DNA of 64,000 bases from Candidatus Shapirobacteria bacterium (lineage in GTDB: Bacteria; Patescibacteriota; Microgenomatia; UBA12405), in assembly GCA_037142555.1 (NCBI GenBank), contig JBAXAJ010000004.1, forward strand, positions 21,738 to 85,737, in the 5' to 3' direction. A program made the translations under genes and the position numbers. Below the pieces are notes generated by a model. It saw only the letters and a program-made list of their open reading frames with translations, did not search any database and was not told the DNA's origin. Positions 56,003-64,000 of this stretch are shown one piece after another. Within the stretch, counting starts at the first letter, position 1. Each line of letters starts with the position of its first letter.

Positions 56003-58268
56003 ACTTTTGTTTTTCGGCCCAAGAGACAACTTCTCTGGTGGCATCGATGGCATCTGGACTGACAGAAATGCTGGAAACTCCCCATTTGACTAATTTTTCG
56101 ATGAGATGTGGATAATTACTTGGTGCTTGTCCACAAATTGAGCTAGTTATGCCTCGTTTTTTAGCCTTAGTTATGGCTCTTTTGAGTGACCATAAAACGG
56201 CTGGATCAAGTTCGTTAAAGTTTTTGGCAACTTCACTGTTGTCGCGATCAATTCCCATGGTTAACATGGTTAAATCATTGCTGCCGATAGAAATGCCGTC
56301 AATTCCAACATCGATGAATTTATCAAGAAGAATGACATTGCTAGGAATTTCGACCATCATAAATAGTTTGAAAGATGGAGATCTCAAAAGTCCTGAGGTG
56401 GCAATTATTTTTTTGACTTCAATTAGTTCTTGAGGAGTGCGAACAAAAGGAATCATTAGCCAAATATTTTTGAAATTATATTTATTACGAACTAATTTAA
56501 GAGCTTCCAATTCCATTAAGAAGACATCTGGGCAACTGATGTAGCGAGAAGCACCTCGGAAACCCATTAGGGGATTTGGTTCTTCTGGTTCATATAATTT
56601 CCCCCATTTTAAAAAGCGATATTCGTTAGTTTTAAAATCAGTAGCTCGATAGATTACTGGTCGAGGATTAAAGCTTTTACAAAAAGTGGCAATATCTTTG
56701 GCCAAGCTTTCAATATAATTTTTTTGTTTACCTTGGGCAATGATGTGTTTTGGATGGATTCCGATGTTGGCAATCATAAATTCAGCTCTTAAGAGACCAA
56801 CTCCGTCAACATTTCTTTTAGCAATGTTTTCGGCTAGTTCTGGTTCTCCTAGATTGACATAAACTTTGGTGGCAGTTTTTAGGGTGGCTGATGGACGGTG
56901 AATTTTAGTTTGTTCACCGAGAGAGTTTTTGTCAACTAAATCCCCTTTCCAAACTTCACCGGTGGTGCCGTTCAGAGTGACGATGTCGCCTTCTTTAAAC
57001 ATTTTAGTGGCAGTTTTGGTGCCGACAACACAAGGAACACCTAGTTCTCGACTGACAATGGCAGCATGAGAAGTTTGACCACCTTTGTCGGTGATGATGC
57101 CGTTAACTTTTTTCATGGCTGGGACAAAATCAGGAGTGGTCATGGTGGTGACTAGAATTTGGCCCTTAGAGACTCGGTCAATGTGTTTTGGATCATTAAT
57201 GATTACTACAACCCCAGAAGAAGTTCCTGGACTAGCTGGTTCGCCTGTGAGATCAGGAGTTTGAGTTATTTTATTTTGATTATCTAGAGTTTTTTGATTA
57301 GAAATAATGGTGGTGATTGGTCGAGTTTGGACAATGTATATTTTGCCTTTATCTAGAGCAAATTCAATATCTTGTGGCTTGCCATAATGGTTATGAAGTT
57401 TTTGAGCAAGTTTAGCTATTTGAATGGCTGTCTTATTATCAATCTTAGATTTATTTTGTTTTGATTTTGGAACAGCAGCTTTTTTAGTTTCATTTTCAGA
57501 TTTAAGCAATTGAACATTTTGGGAAGTCTTTTGATAGGAAATAACTTTCCATTCGTTTTTGTCGATGATGTGTTGGTCTGGAGTTATTTCTCCTTGGACG
57601 ATGTATTCTCCAAGTCCCCAAATAGTTTCGACAATAATTTGATTTTTTTCATTAGTGACTGGATTAATAGTGAAACAGATTCCAGAGATTTCAGAATTAA
57701 TCATCTTTTGAATTGGAACAGCAATGCCAACTTTAAAATGATCGAATTTTTTCTTTTCGCGATAGAAAATTGCTCTTGGAGTGAAAAGACTGGCCCAGCA
57801 ATCTCGGACTCTGTTTAGAACATTGGCTTCACCAACAACATTTAGGAAGGTTTCTTGTTGGCCAGCGAAAGAAGCGTCTGGAAGGTCTTCGGCAGTGGCT
57901 GAAGAACGAACTGCAACTGGGGCATCTTTCAATCCACCTAGGTTAGACAGCTTTTTGTAGGCAGTCATGATGGCGATGGCAGTTTTTTGACTTATCTTTC
58001 CGGACCTGATTATCTTTTTCATTTTTATTGAAGCAGATTGGAGTTGGTCTGGTTGATCGATGTCAGTAGTTTTTAAAATATCTTTAAGTTTGTCTTTTAA
58101 TTTATTCTCTTCAATGAATTTAAAGTAGACTGAGGAGGTCACAACAAAACCATTTGGAACTGGAATTTTTAGTGAATACATTTCTCCAAGATTGGCACCT
58201 TTCCCACCGGCCGAAGCTATGTCGTCGTGACTGATTTCTTTAAACCATAAAATATCTTTAATATCCAT
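55992..58268 (-). CDS. ppsA: Phosphoenolpyruvate synthase
   Basis: GGKGANLGE, VRSSATAEDLPDASFAGQ, TSHAAIVSRE, GSNDLT. Confidence 0.96.
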   Translation of the reverse strand: MDIKDILWFKEISHDDIASAGGKGANLGEMYSLKIPVPNGFVVTSSVYFKFIEENKLKDKLKDILKTTDIDQPDQLQSASIKMKKIIRSGKISQKTAIAIMTAYKKLSNLGGLKDAPVAVRSSATAEDLPDASFAGQQETFLNVVGEANVLNRVRDCWASLFTPRAIFYREKKKFDHFKVGIAVPIQKMINSEISGICFTINPVTNEKNQIIVETIWGLGEYIVQGEITPDQHIIDKNEWKVISYQKTSQNVQLLKSENETKKAAVPKSKQNKSKIDNKTAIQIAKLAQKLHNHYGKPQDIEFALDKGKIYIVQTRPITTIISNQKTLDNQNKITQTPDLTGEPASPGTSSGVVVIINDPKHIDRVSKGQILVTTMTTPDFVPAMKKVNGIITDKGGQTSHAAIVSRELGVPCVVGTKTATKMFKEGDIVTLNGTTGEVWKGDLVDKNSLGEQTKIHRPSATLKTATKVYVNLGEPELAENIAKRNVDGVGLLRAEFMIANIGIHPKHIIAQGKQKNYIESLAKDIATFCKSFNPRPVIYRATDFKTNEYRFLKWGKLYEPEEPNPLMGFRGASRYISCPDVFLMELEALKLVRNKYNFKNIWLMIPFVRTPQELIEVKKIIATSGLLRSPSFKLFMMVEIPSNVILLDKFIDVGIDGISIGSNDLTMLTMGIDRDNSEVAKNFNELDPAVLWSLKRAITKAKKRGITSSICGQAPSNYPHLIEKLVKWGVSSISVSPDAIDATREVVSWAEKQKFKK

Positions 58269-58348
58269 AATAAAATGATAGCAAAATATTGAATAAAAGT
58301 ATTATTTAATACGTATATTATGGGATATGTGTTAGATAGGGGTGATAA

Positions 58349-58375
58349 TTAGCAGTCATCTGGTTCGAGTGCTAA
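58349..58375. promoter_or_regulatory. CIRCE-like inverted repeat upstream of ppsA
   Basis: TTAGCAGTC-N9-GAGTGCTAA; reverse complement has the same arms as 29333-29359. Confidence 0.7.
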
Positions 58376-58495
58376 TGAGGTATTGATTTCAAAAATAGCG
58401 GGTTTTAAGCGGTGTTTTGTGTGTAATAATTACACACTTGTGATAACAAAGTATATCAATCAATATCTTTCTTAATACATTGATATTATAAGCTA

Positions 58496-58858
58496 TCAAT
58501 TTTTGGTCTCATTTTGACGATTATAATCGTCTTCATATCGGATGGTTGTTCCTATTTCTGGAGTCGAAGCTTCGAAAATAATTGCGTCTTTTGTGGCACT
58601 CAAACGATGGATAGTTCCGGCTTGAATTGTGTAGTCTTTTTTAAGTTCCATGTGGATAATTTCTAGACTATTTAAGTCTGGTCCAATGATTAAATCTACT
58701 TCACCTTCGACTAGAACTAGAGTTTCAATCTTTTGAGTGTGGGATTGAAGTGATAGACGGCAGTTGGCATTGATTTTTAATTGTTTAAAAGTGTATGGAG
58801 AATCTTTTGAAGTATAAAGAGTTTCTTCCCCCCATGGTTTGTTGATTATTTCTGTCAT
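58496..58858 (-). CDS. Cupin protein (mannose-6-phosphate isomerase type II-like)
   Basis: KPWG, LSLQSH..K.E, HRL, EASTPE...RYEDDY.R. Confidence 0.82.
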   Translation of the reverse strand: MTEIINKPWGEETLYTSKDSPYTFKQLKINANCRLSLQSHTQKIETLVLVEGEVDLIIGPDLNSLEIIHMELKKDYTIQAGTIHRLSATKDAIIFEASTPEIGTTIRYEDDYNRQNETKN

Positions 58859-58862
58859 AATT

Positions 58863-59483
58863 TTATTTAATTAAGTTAATTATAATCCTTTCTAGAGCTA
58901 ATTCCTTAGGAATTGCTAATTGGCCACTTTTGTTTTGATAATCGAGTTCAATTAATTGCAGATAAGCTCTTTTGAGAATGGCTTTGTCGAAACGGGTGTA
59001 GGAAGTTAGTTGTTTTCGAAGGTTGCCTTTCAAAAGATATAAAAATAAATCATAGATCCCCTGTTTCAACATCTCTTCATAGAGAGGAATAAAAGTTTTT
59101 AAATTTTGAGGTTTGATGGCATTTAAACAAGTGAAAAGTTTTGAGTCTAGTTGAAAGACTTGGACTTTGGCTTGAGGGAAAGTCTTTAGTTGAGTAGGGT
59201 TTAGTTTTTTGTCTTGCCAAACGATGATGTCGTGGTTGTCTAGTTGGTTTAATATTTTTGGGAGTTTATCGAGAGTAGTTTTTGGGGCGGAAAAAAGATT
59301 TGAAAGGATAAGAACTTTTTTGTCATTTAAAAGTGAATTGCTTTGGAGGAAGTTATTAATGATTTCAGGATTAATATTCTTGCCATCAACCTTAAGAAGA
59401 TCGGCATCGATATATTTTTCTATGAGATCATTAAAAGCGCTTCGACTGTCAAATTGGTTGTCACCATGAAAAATATAAATCAT
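58863..59483 (-). CDS. holA: DNA polymerase III delta subunit (short form)
   Basis: MIYIFHGD, SNSLL, LIELDYQNKSGQ...LE. Confidence 0.72.
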   Translation of the reverse strand: MIYIFHGDNQFDSRSAFNDLIEKYIDADLLKVDGKNINPEIINNFLQSNSLLNDKKVLILSNLFSAPKTTLDKLPKILNQLDNHDIIVWQDKKLNPTQLKTFPQAKVQVFQLDSKLFTCLNAIKPQNLKTFIPLYEEMLKQGIYDLFLYLLKGNLRKQLTSYTRFDKAILKRAYLQLIELDYQNKSGQLAIPKELALERIIINLIK

Positions 59484-59531
59484 TATTGATATTATAGCTT
59501 TAGATTGATAAAATATCACTTGTCATTCATT

Positions 59532-59589
59532 GGCTCCATCGTTCCTCCTACGCCAAGGCTTCGGAAGGACAATGCTAGTGGTCAGTACT
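59532..59589 (+). repeat. Duplicated tRNA-Glu 5' fragment interrupted by a 32-bp element (family B, 59543-59574)
   Basis: GGCTCCATCGT[32 bp]CTAGTGGTCAGTACT versus the real tRNA GGCTCCATCGT|CTAGTGGTCAGGACT. Confidence 0.88.
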
Positions 59590-59602
59590 TTGTAAAATTT
59601 AA

Positions 59603-59675
59603 GGCTCCATCGTCTAGTGGTCAGGACTCCTGGTTTTCATCCAGGCAATCGTGGGTTCGACTCCCACTGGAGTCA
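59603..59675 (+). tRNA. tRNA-Glu(TTC)
   Basis: Anticodon arm CCTGG-TTTTCAT-CCAGG; T-loop TTCGACT. Confidence 0.95.
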
Positions 59676-59681
59676 CATTGT

Positions 59682-60641
59682 TTATTCGAAGATTCTGATT
59701 GAAGAAAAGTTTTTGGAATCTAATCCGTTGATTGAGATTTTTTCTATTGTAAATTCTTGAGATTCTAAGTTACTAGGTGAAAGAATGTATTCAATGAACT
59801 CATCCCCTCTTTTTTTGAGAGCGCCAGCTCCTATCCAAAATTTAGTAATTGAGGTTTTGGTAGTTCCGACAATTAAATATTTTCCAGACGAGAGAGGTTG
59901 ACAAAATACTGGAATTTTTTCAGGATTGGAAGTGTACCCTAATCCTCTTTTAACTGTCATGTAAGCATCATGGATGAGAAGAATCTTTTCACACCATTTT
60001 GGATCTTTTAATTGTTCTTTGGTTGGATTTGCATTTAATTTGGTAGTTCTAAGATCTTCTTCTGGGAAAACTGGATTAGTAACTGAAAGTTTTTCTACAC
60101 TTTCTTGTAGTTCTTTTTTGAATTTTTCATATGGTCCATATATGTCACCAAATTTAGTGATAATCATTTTTAAATTAGTTGGTTGGTAATTTTTGAGAAA
60201 ATTCAAGATTTTTTGGTGTTCATTTATGTAAGTTTCTACAGTTTCAAGTGGAATATTATCAATACTTGGTAAAACGTAATCGTCAACAAAAAATTCAAAG
60301 ATGATTCCTGGTTGGTAAATTTCACAAATTGGTTTAAGCCATTTGGTGTAATATATGACAGTAAATAATTCAGCCCAGTCTGGATTTGGAGCTTCTTCTA
60401 ATCGCCAAAGTTTGTAGGCACCATGTGGGAAAACTATTTTAATTGGTTGGTTATTTTCTACACTGCTTTTAATAACATTTTTGATGTGATCGTTTAATTC
60501 TGAATTGACTGAATACTTTCTAAATTTTTTGGACATTAGGAGACGGAAAATTTCGTCAAGCAACTTATCTTCACCAAAATCTTTTGGCTGAAAGTCTTTA
60601 ATTTTATTTAATTCTTTTTGAATATATTCTGTTGGTGTCAT
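59682..60641 (-). CDS. Hypothetical protein, distant Dit1/PvcA (isocyanide synthase)-like pattern
   Basis: PIKIVFPHGAYK...PDWAE...ICEIYQPG...FVDD; ORF is reliable, function tentative. Confidence 0.5.
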   Translation of the reverse strand: MTPTEYIQKELNKIKDFQPKDFGEDKLLDEIFRLLMSKKFRKYSVNSELNDHIKNVIKSSVENNQPIKIVFPHGAYKLWRLEEAPNPDWAELFTVIYYTKWLKPICEIYQPGIIFEFFVDDYVLPSIDNIPLETVETYINEHQKILNFLKNYQPTNLKMIITKFGDIYGPYEKFKKELQESVEKLSVTNPVFPEEDLRTTKLNANPTKEQLKDPKWCEKILLIHDAYMTVKRGLGYTSNPEKIPVFCQPLSSGKYLIVGTTKTSITKFWIGAGALKKRGDEFIEYILSPSNLESQEFTIEKISINGLDSKNFSSIRIFE

Positions 60642-60648
60642 AACTTTG

Positions 60649-60721
60649 AGATGCGGGAAGGAGTCGAACCCTCGTACCTTGCTTTGCAGACAAGTACCTT
60701 TACCACTTTGGTTACCGCATC
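60649..60721 (-). tRNA. tRNA-Cys(GCA)
   Basis: Acceptor GATGCGG/CCGCATC; anticodon arm CTTGT-CTGCAAA-GCAAG. Confidence 0.93.
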
Positions 60722-60779
60722 AAGTCAATTATATCAAAGGAATGAATTGGCAGACATTGATTCGTTACGGTATCAAAAT

Positions 60780-61865
60780 TTATTTATATTCTTTAGCTTT
60801 TTCTTCATTATTTAGAATTCGGAGGGCGCCGTCGCGAAGAGCTTCGAGTTCTTTTTCACCTGGGTAGACAGAAATGCCAATGTTTAGGCTAGATAAATCT
60901 TTTTTGATATTTTCAATTAGACCCTTCCATCGAGCAACACCACCAGTGATTAAAATTTGATCAACTTTTTCACCTTCAAAATCTGGGATTAAAGAACAAA
61001 TTGAACGAGAAATTCCAGTAAACATAGCATCAACAATGTCTTTTTCTTCCTTATTCATAGTCGGATAGCGATTTTCAAGATCAATTAAATCTTTAGTTTT
61101 AAGATGAGCGAAAAGACCGCCGCCGCCAGCAATCAGATTGATGAGTTGTTCTTTGGTATATTTTCCAGAAAAACAAAGATTAATTAGGCCTTGAGCCGGA
61201 ACTTGGCCTGATCTTTCTGGACTCATTGGACCTTCTCCAGCCAGAGCATTGGTTACATTGATTGTTTTACCTTTCTTATGGGCACCAAAAGAAAAACCAC
61301 CACCTAGATGGGCAACTATTAAATTTAAAGAATCATAACTTTTGCCACAATCTTTGGCATAATGACGAGCAACTGCTTTTTGATTTAGAGCATGCCAACC
61401 AGCATATCTTCTGATTTCAGGAATGCCGGTGATTTTGAATTTATCTTCAATTTCATCAGTAGTGACTGGGTCAACAATGAAAGCTTCATCAGTGATATTA
61501 AATTTTTTGGCTAATTCTAGGGCAATTGGAGCACCTAAATTAGAAGCATGATTAGCTTGAGCGTGATTTCTTAAATCATCAAGCATTTTGTCATTAATTT
61601 GGTAGGTTCCAGAAGTGAGAGGTGGGAGCATTCCCCCTCGACCGACTATGGCATCAAATTCAGTTAGTTTATTTTCTTCTAAGATTTTAGAAATAGCTTC
61701 AAAACGGTATTGGAATTGATCAAAAATATTACCAATATTGCTAAATTTTTCTTGGAATTTTGGATCAGCAGCGTGGTCTAGTTTGTGTTCGAAAATTAAA
61801 TCTTCATTTTCAAAAACAGCTAACTTAGTGGTGGTTGATCCTGGGTTTATTATTAAGGTTTTCAT
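60780..61865 (-). CDS. buk: Butyrate kinase
   Basis: INPGSTTTK, GRGG, HASNLGA, VDPVTTDE, HALNQKAVAR, YPGEKE. Confidence 0.94.
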   Translation of the reverse strand: MKTLIINPGSTTTKLAVFENEDLIFEHKLDHAADPKFQEKFSNIGNIFDQFQYRFEAISKILEENKLTEFDAIVGRGGMLPPLTSGTYQINDKMLDDLRNHAQANHASNLGAPIALELAKKFNITDEAFIVDPVTTDEIEDKFKITGIPEIRRYAGWHALNQKAVARHYAKDCGKSYDSLNLIVAHLGGGFSFGAHKKGKTINVTNALAGEGPMSPERSGQVPAQGLINLCFSGKYTKEQLINLIAGGGGLFAHLKTKDLIDLENRYPTMNKEEKDIVDAMFTGISRSICSLIPDFEGEKVDQILITGGVARWKGLIENIKKDLSSLNIGISVYPGEKELEALRDGALRILNNEEKAKEYK

Positions 61866-62454
61866 ATCTGATTATTATAAAGCCAATTAAAATAAATACT
61901 AGACTTATTATTTGACCAATTTTGATTGAATTTATAGTGAAAGTGTCATAACGAATAAACTCGGTAAAGAAACGAATAATGCCGTATCCTATCAAATAAA
62001 TTGCAGTTTGATGTTTTTTGATTTTGATTAAAATTAAAAATAATATTAAATCGAAGATTGATTCTATCCACCAAACTGGAATTTCATTATTAAAAAAATT
62101 CCCCCATCGGCCAATTGATTGGCATAAGGGAACGATTGGAGCAATTGTGTCTAATATTTTTATGAAAGAAATTTTATTTAATTTGGAAAAAATAAATATA
62201 AACAATATTCCGCCTATTAATCCGCCTAAAATTCCTAATCCCCCACCGCGAGTGTTGATTATTTGATCCAAATTTTGGGAATAATAGTTCCAGTTGCTGA
62301 TGACATAATAGCTTCTGGCGCCGATTACTGAGAATAAAAAAAGTAGAAAAATAAAAATAGTTTCTCTCTTTTTATGAATAAGATTGTTTTTTTTGGAAAA
62401 ATATTGAGCGCCAAGAGCAAAAGCAATACCGATTAAGAGACCATAGATAGACAT
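61825..62454 (-). CDS. lgt: Prolipoprotein diacylglyceryl transferase (short)
   Basis: YGLLI, IGARSYYV, GGL..LGGL, QSIGRWGNFFN, RFFTEFIR. Start trimmed to MSIYG because the longer ORF overlaps a tRNA. Confidence 0.9.
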   Translation of the reverse strand: MSIYGLLIGIAFALGAQYFSKKNNLIHKKRETIFIFLLFLFSVIGARSYYVISNWNYYSQNLDQIINTRGGGLGILGGLIGGILFIFIFSKLNKISFIKILDTIAPIVPLCQSIGRWGNFFNNEIPVWWIESIFDLILFLILIKIKKHQTAIYLIGYGIIRFFTEFIRYDTFTINSIKIGQIISLVFILIGFIIIRYENLNNKPRINHH

Positions 62455-62477
62455 GGAATAGTTTAGCAAAAATAATG

Positions 62478-62551
62478 TGGGTCCGGCGGGAATCGAACCC
62501 GCGACCACCTGCTTAAAAGGCAGATGCTCTAACCAACTGAGCTACAGACCC
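62478..62551 (-). tRNA. tRNA-Lys(TTT)
   Basis: Anticodon arm TCTGC-CTTTTAA-GCAGG. Confidence 0.95.
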
Positions 62552-62559
62552 TAATTAGT

Positions 62560-62871
62560 TTAAATTGTTCTTGCTTTTGGATTACGGAGGTAATAAAGTT
62601 TAGAACGTCGAATTTTAGTTTTAGGTGATCGTAATTTTTTGATACTATCAATCCATGGAGAATTCATAGGAAAAATTCTTTCAACCTTAACAGCATCAGA
62701 TGCTGCTTTTTGAACAATAAAGTTTTTGTTTTCGCCAGTACCTTGGATAGCCAAGATAATACCGTCAAAAGCTTGTATTCTTTCTTTTTCTTTTTCTTTA
62801 ATTTTGTAGTTAACTTTAACTGTGTCACCTACAAAAAAATCTTGTTCTTTGAATGTTATTTTTAAGGACAT
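62560..62871 (-). CDS. rplS: 50S ribosomal protein L19
   Basis: GDTVKV, RIQAFDG, VERIFP, RRSKLYYLR. Confidence 0.96.
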   Translation of the reverse strand: MSLKITFKEQDFFVGDTVKVNYKIKEKEKERIQAFDGIILAIQGTGENKNFIVQKAASDAVKVERIFPMNSPWIDSIKKLRSPKTKIRRSKLYYLRNPKARTI

Positions 62872-62924
62872 ATTGATATTTAAATTAAATGCTTTGAAAT
62901 TATATCAAACTAGGCTTCGGTAGT

Positions 62925-64000
62925 CTATGAAGTAATTTTTAAAATTGTGTTTATCTGTTTTTCAAGTTCTTCATTGTAATTGACACCATAACTTAGAACT
63001 ACATTTTTGCCGTTTGGTAGGATGATTAATCCTCTATGGCCATTTGGATTATTTTTGAGAAGAGTGTTTAATTCCATTAATTGAGTTTGGTTGGTGGCCT
63101 TTGGGACTGTAATGACAAAATCATATTTTGGAGTGGTGTCTGGAGCATCTTCATTTATGGAATCAACTAAAATCGAGAGTTGGCCTTCTCTTTCATTTAA
63201 TTTACCTTCAATATAAAATGCCTTATTTTCGACCAAAACTTTTTCAATTTCATCAAAAATCTTTGGGAAAACAACAGCTTCAATTCGGGCTGTTTCATCT
63301 TCAAAAGTGATAAAGGCCATTTTGGCATTATTTTTTTTAGTGCGAATAACTTTAAATTTATTGACAGAAGCGACTAATTTAACTCCAGAGTTAGGAGATT
63401 TATTAAGAATTTCAGAAATTTTTGGAAGTCCAATTTTTTCAAATTTTTGGAGAATTTTGCTAACTGGGTTTTCAGTGACAAAAATTCCAAGAAGTTCTTT
63501 TTCCATTGATAGTTTTTCTCTTTCAGTCATTTCTTCTACTTTTGGGAAATTATCAGGTGGAGCAATTATTTGGCTTTGATCGCTGTTTGGATCATCAAAG
63601 AGGCCAAATTGACCATTAGTTTTTTTGCCATTTATCTTGTCACAATTTTGGCGAATAGCTTCAAGTGAGACCAAAATAGCGTTTCTTGGCCCAAATTGAT
63701 CCATAGCACCGACTTTAATTAAACTTTCGAGGACTCTTTTATTTACTTTTTGGCTGTCAACGCGAAGACAAAAATCATTGAAACTTAAAAATAGACCATT
63801 TTTTTCTCTTTCATTAACTATGTTTTCAATTGCAGCAACACCAACATTTTTGATTCCACTGAAACCAAAACGAATAGCCATGCCACCAAGAGATTCTTTG
63901 TTTTCTTCCATTTCAAAGCCACTTTTAGATCGATTTATATCTGGAGGACAAATTATTACATTCATCTTGCGACATTCATCAACTCCATCGGTTATTTTTT
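62925..64000 (-). CDS. dnaE: DNA polymerase III alpha subunit, C-terminal part (runs off window end)
   Basis: PPDINRS, IRFGFSGIKNVG, LESLIKVGAMD, EKELLGIFV, OB-fold MAFITFED. Confidence 0.94.
   Translation of the reverse strand, partial: KITDGVDECRKMNVIICPPDINRSKSGFEMEENKESLGGMAIRFGFSGIKNVGVAAIENIVNEREKNGLFLSFNDFCLRVDSQKVNKRVLESLIKVGAMDQFGPRNAILVSLEAIRQNCDKINGKKTNGQFGLFDDPNSDQSQIIAPPDNFPKVEEMTEREKLSMEKELLGIFVTENPVSKILQKFEKIGLPKISEILNKSPNSGVKLVASVNKFKVIRTKKNNAKMAFITFEDETARIEAVVFPKIFDEIEKVLVENKAFYIEGKLNEREGQLSILVDSINEDAPDTTPKYDFVITVPKATNQTQLMELNTLLKNNPNGHRGLIILPNGKNVVLSYGVNYNEELEKQINTILKITS

Noticed and set aside
44129-60867. ORFs 44129-44329, 47565-47876, 47776-48027, 59505-59702, 60618-60815, 60646-60867
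   Set aside because: They overlap tRNA genes; GC-rich tRNA sequence creates spurious open frames.
62908-62924. ACTAGGCTTCGGTAGT, sharing GGCTTCGG with family B
   Set aside because: Too short to distinguish from chance or a small hairpin after dnaE.
918-63579. Many short ORFs nested in or antisense to long genes (e.g. 2623-2952, 15507-15878, 27983-28372, 32446-32880, 56149-56433)
   Set aside because: Shadow ORFs of well-supported genes with no motifs of their own.
1-64000. CRISPR array, rRNA, integrase, transposase, reverse transcriptase
   Set aside because: None seen. The 22-bp repeat has only two copies 478 bp apart, and no recombinase or RT motifs were recognised in the ORFs.

Overview
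AT-rich, gene-dense bacterial chromosome segment with features typical of Patescibacteria/CPR (Microgenomates-like; this is an inference): shortened housekeeping proteins, apparently leaderless genes and a monoderm type IV pilus. From start to end it contains: partial ligA, a Fic gene and holB; a ~19 kb type IV pilus locus (pilB, pilT, pilC, pilD, 11 pilin-like genes, three large extracellular proteins including a Cys-rich one, pilM/N/O, no pilP/pilQ); translation and repair genes (rpsP, rnc, nusB, rpmF, recG, class A PBP, pheST, rplT, rpmI, infC, thrS, tig, efp, a DRG-type GTPase, mtaB-like, tgt, lexA, rsmI, ppsA, holA, buk, lgt, rplS, partial dnaE); 17 tRNA genes; and small accessory genes beside tRNAs. 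No CRISPR array, rRNA, integrase or transposase was seen. The most unusual signals are non-coding. (1) tRNA-Val(GAC) and tRNA-Glu(TTC) are each preceded by a copy of their own 5' ~25 nt, interrupted at position 11/12 by a 32-bp hairpin element of one family; a third copy overlaps the 3' end of tRNA-Pro. (2) Palindromic and heptamer repeat families are inserted in frame in essential genes, mostly in one genomic orientation. (3) Three orphan genes have strong promoters, SD motifs and complementary 5'/3' flanks. (4) Two CIRCE-like operators, each beside a GTGTA-N5-TACAC palindrome, lie away from any chaperone gene. (5) A 22-bp direct repeat brackets a cassette-like gene downstream of a tRNA cluster. 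All calls were made by eye; no database searches were run.
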